Origin: Squalus acanthias
Taxonomy: Eukaryota
Length of the DNA stretch: 64,000 bases
Assembly: GCA_030390025.1 (NCBI GenBank)
Contig: CM059438.1
Coordinates: 54,748,001 to 54,812,000 of the forward strand
Direction: 5' to 3'
Made by a program: the position numbers and the translations under genes. Each line of letters begins with the position of its first letter. The first letter of the stretch is position 1. This document shows positions 62,516-64,000 of the stretch, piece by piece. The notes beneath the pieces are model-generated. The model was not told the DNA's origin. It worked only from the letters and a program-made list of their open reading frames with translations, and made no database searches.

Positions 62516-64000
62516 CAGCAGCAACAAAAACTTGCATTTATATAGCACCTTTAACGTAGTAAAACATCCCAAGGCGCTTCACAGGAGCGTTATCAAACAG
62601 ACAATCAAAAGCTTGGTCAAAAAGGTAAGTTTTAAGGAACGTCTTAAAGGAGGAAAGAGAGGTCGAGGTAGAAAGGCGGAGATGTTTAGGGAGGGAATTC
62701 CAGAGCTTAGGGCCTTGGCAGCTGAAGGCATGGCCACCAATGGTGGAGCGATTAAAATCAAGGATGCCAGAATTGGAGGAGCGTAGAGATCTCGGGGGAT
62801 TGTAGGGCTGGAGGAGGTTACAGAGATAGGGCGAGGTGAGGCCATGGAGGGATTTGAAAACAAGGATGAGAATTTCAAATTTGAGGTGTTGCTGGACCGG
62901 GAGCCAATGTAGGTCAGCGAGCACAGGGGTGATGGGTGTACGAGACTTGGTGCGAGTTAGGATACGGGCAGCAGAGTTTTGGATGAGCTCTAGGTTATGG
63001 AGGGTGGAAGATGAGAGGCCGCCCTGGAGAACATTGGAATAGTTAAGTCTGGAGGTAACAAAGACATGGACAAGGGTTTCAGCAGCAGATGAGCTGAGGC
63101 GGGGTGGAGTCGGGCGGAGTTACAGAGGTGGAAATAGGCGATCTTAGTGATGGCGTGGATATGTAGTCGTAAGCTCACCTCGGGGTCAAATATGACACCA
63201 AGGTTATGAACAGTCTGGTTCAGCCTCAGACAGTTGCCAGGGAAAGGGATGGAGTCGGTGGCTAGGATTTGTGGCTGGGACCAAAGACAATGGCTTCGGT
63301 CTTCCCAATATTTAGTTGGAGGAAAATTCTGCTCATCCAGTACTGGATGTCGGACAAGCAGTGTGACAAATCATGTGCACTGGAGGGGGCGAGAGAGGTG
63401 GTGGTGAGGTAGAGCTGGGTCTCGTAACGTACATGTGGAACCGGACGTTGTATTTTGGGATGATGTCGCCGAGTGGCAGCATGTAGATGAGAAATAGAAG
63501 GGGGGCCAAGGATAGATCCTTGGGGGACTCCAGAGATAACGGTGTGGGGGCAAGAAGAGAAGCCGTTGCAGATAATTCTCAAGCTACGATTAGATAGAGA
63601 AGAGTGGAACCAGGCGAGGGCAGTCCCACCTAGCTGGACGACGGAGGAGAGGTGTTGGAGGAGGATGGTGTGGTTAACTGTGTCAAAGGCTGCAGACAGG
63701 TCGAGAAGGATGAGGAGGGATAGTTTACCACAGTCACAGTCACATCAGATGTCATTTGTGCCTTTGATAAGGACCATTTCGGTACCGTGGCAAGGACGGA
63801 AACCTGATTGGAGGTGTTCAAACATGGAGTTGCAGGAAAGTTGGGCACGGATTTGGGAGGCGAAAACACGTTCAAGGACTTTGGAGAGGAAAGGGAGGTT
63901 GGAGATGGGGCGGTTGTTTGCAAGGACGGAGGGGTCAAGCGTTGTTTTGAGGAGAGCGGTGATGACGGCAGATTTGAAGGGGAGGGGGGGCAGTAGCTGA
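62513..64000 (-). mobile_element. L2 LINE 3' portion, running off the window
   Basis: [34 protein letters not shown]2 tail. Confidence 0.92.

Noticed and set aside
61579..62572. Cys/Leu-rich and Arg/Gln-rich ORFs of 150-280 aa
   Set aside because: Products of the GACA/GGCA microsatellite.

Overview
Vertebrate genomic DNA, most likely from a cartilaginous fish (shark-type CR1, L2, V-SINE, Penelope and Harbinger repeat families). The only host gene is a tachykinin receptor on the + strand, best matching TACR2/NK2R. Coding exons 1-4 lie at 9676-10061, 12135-12329, 37541-37691 and 61603-61799 with consistent GT-AG phases; exon 5 is beyond the window. Introns 2 and 3 (about 25 and 24 kb) are filled with nested transposons and minisatellites. 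Most notable observations: (i) a Penelope (Neptune-type) insertion folded into a 787-bp inverted repeat with a 15-bp TSD and a minimal hammerhead ribozyme on each arm; (ii) a CR1 LINE with an intact 978-aa ORF2 whose ORF1/ORF2 junction carries an in-frame T_TTA_AAC slippery heptamer opening directly into ORF2; (iii) a 1.9-kb tRNA-headed LINE body inserted as one unit with no Pol III terminator on its sense strand; (iv) two inverted, near-complete two-gene Harbinger transposons with complementary lesions; (v) a CR1 subfamily with a duplicated 3' tail; (vi) minisatellites born from CR1 coding sequence. All calls are by eye; no database search was run.
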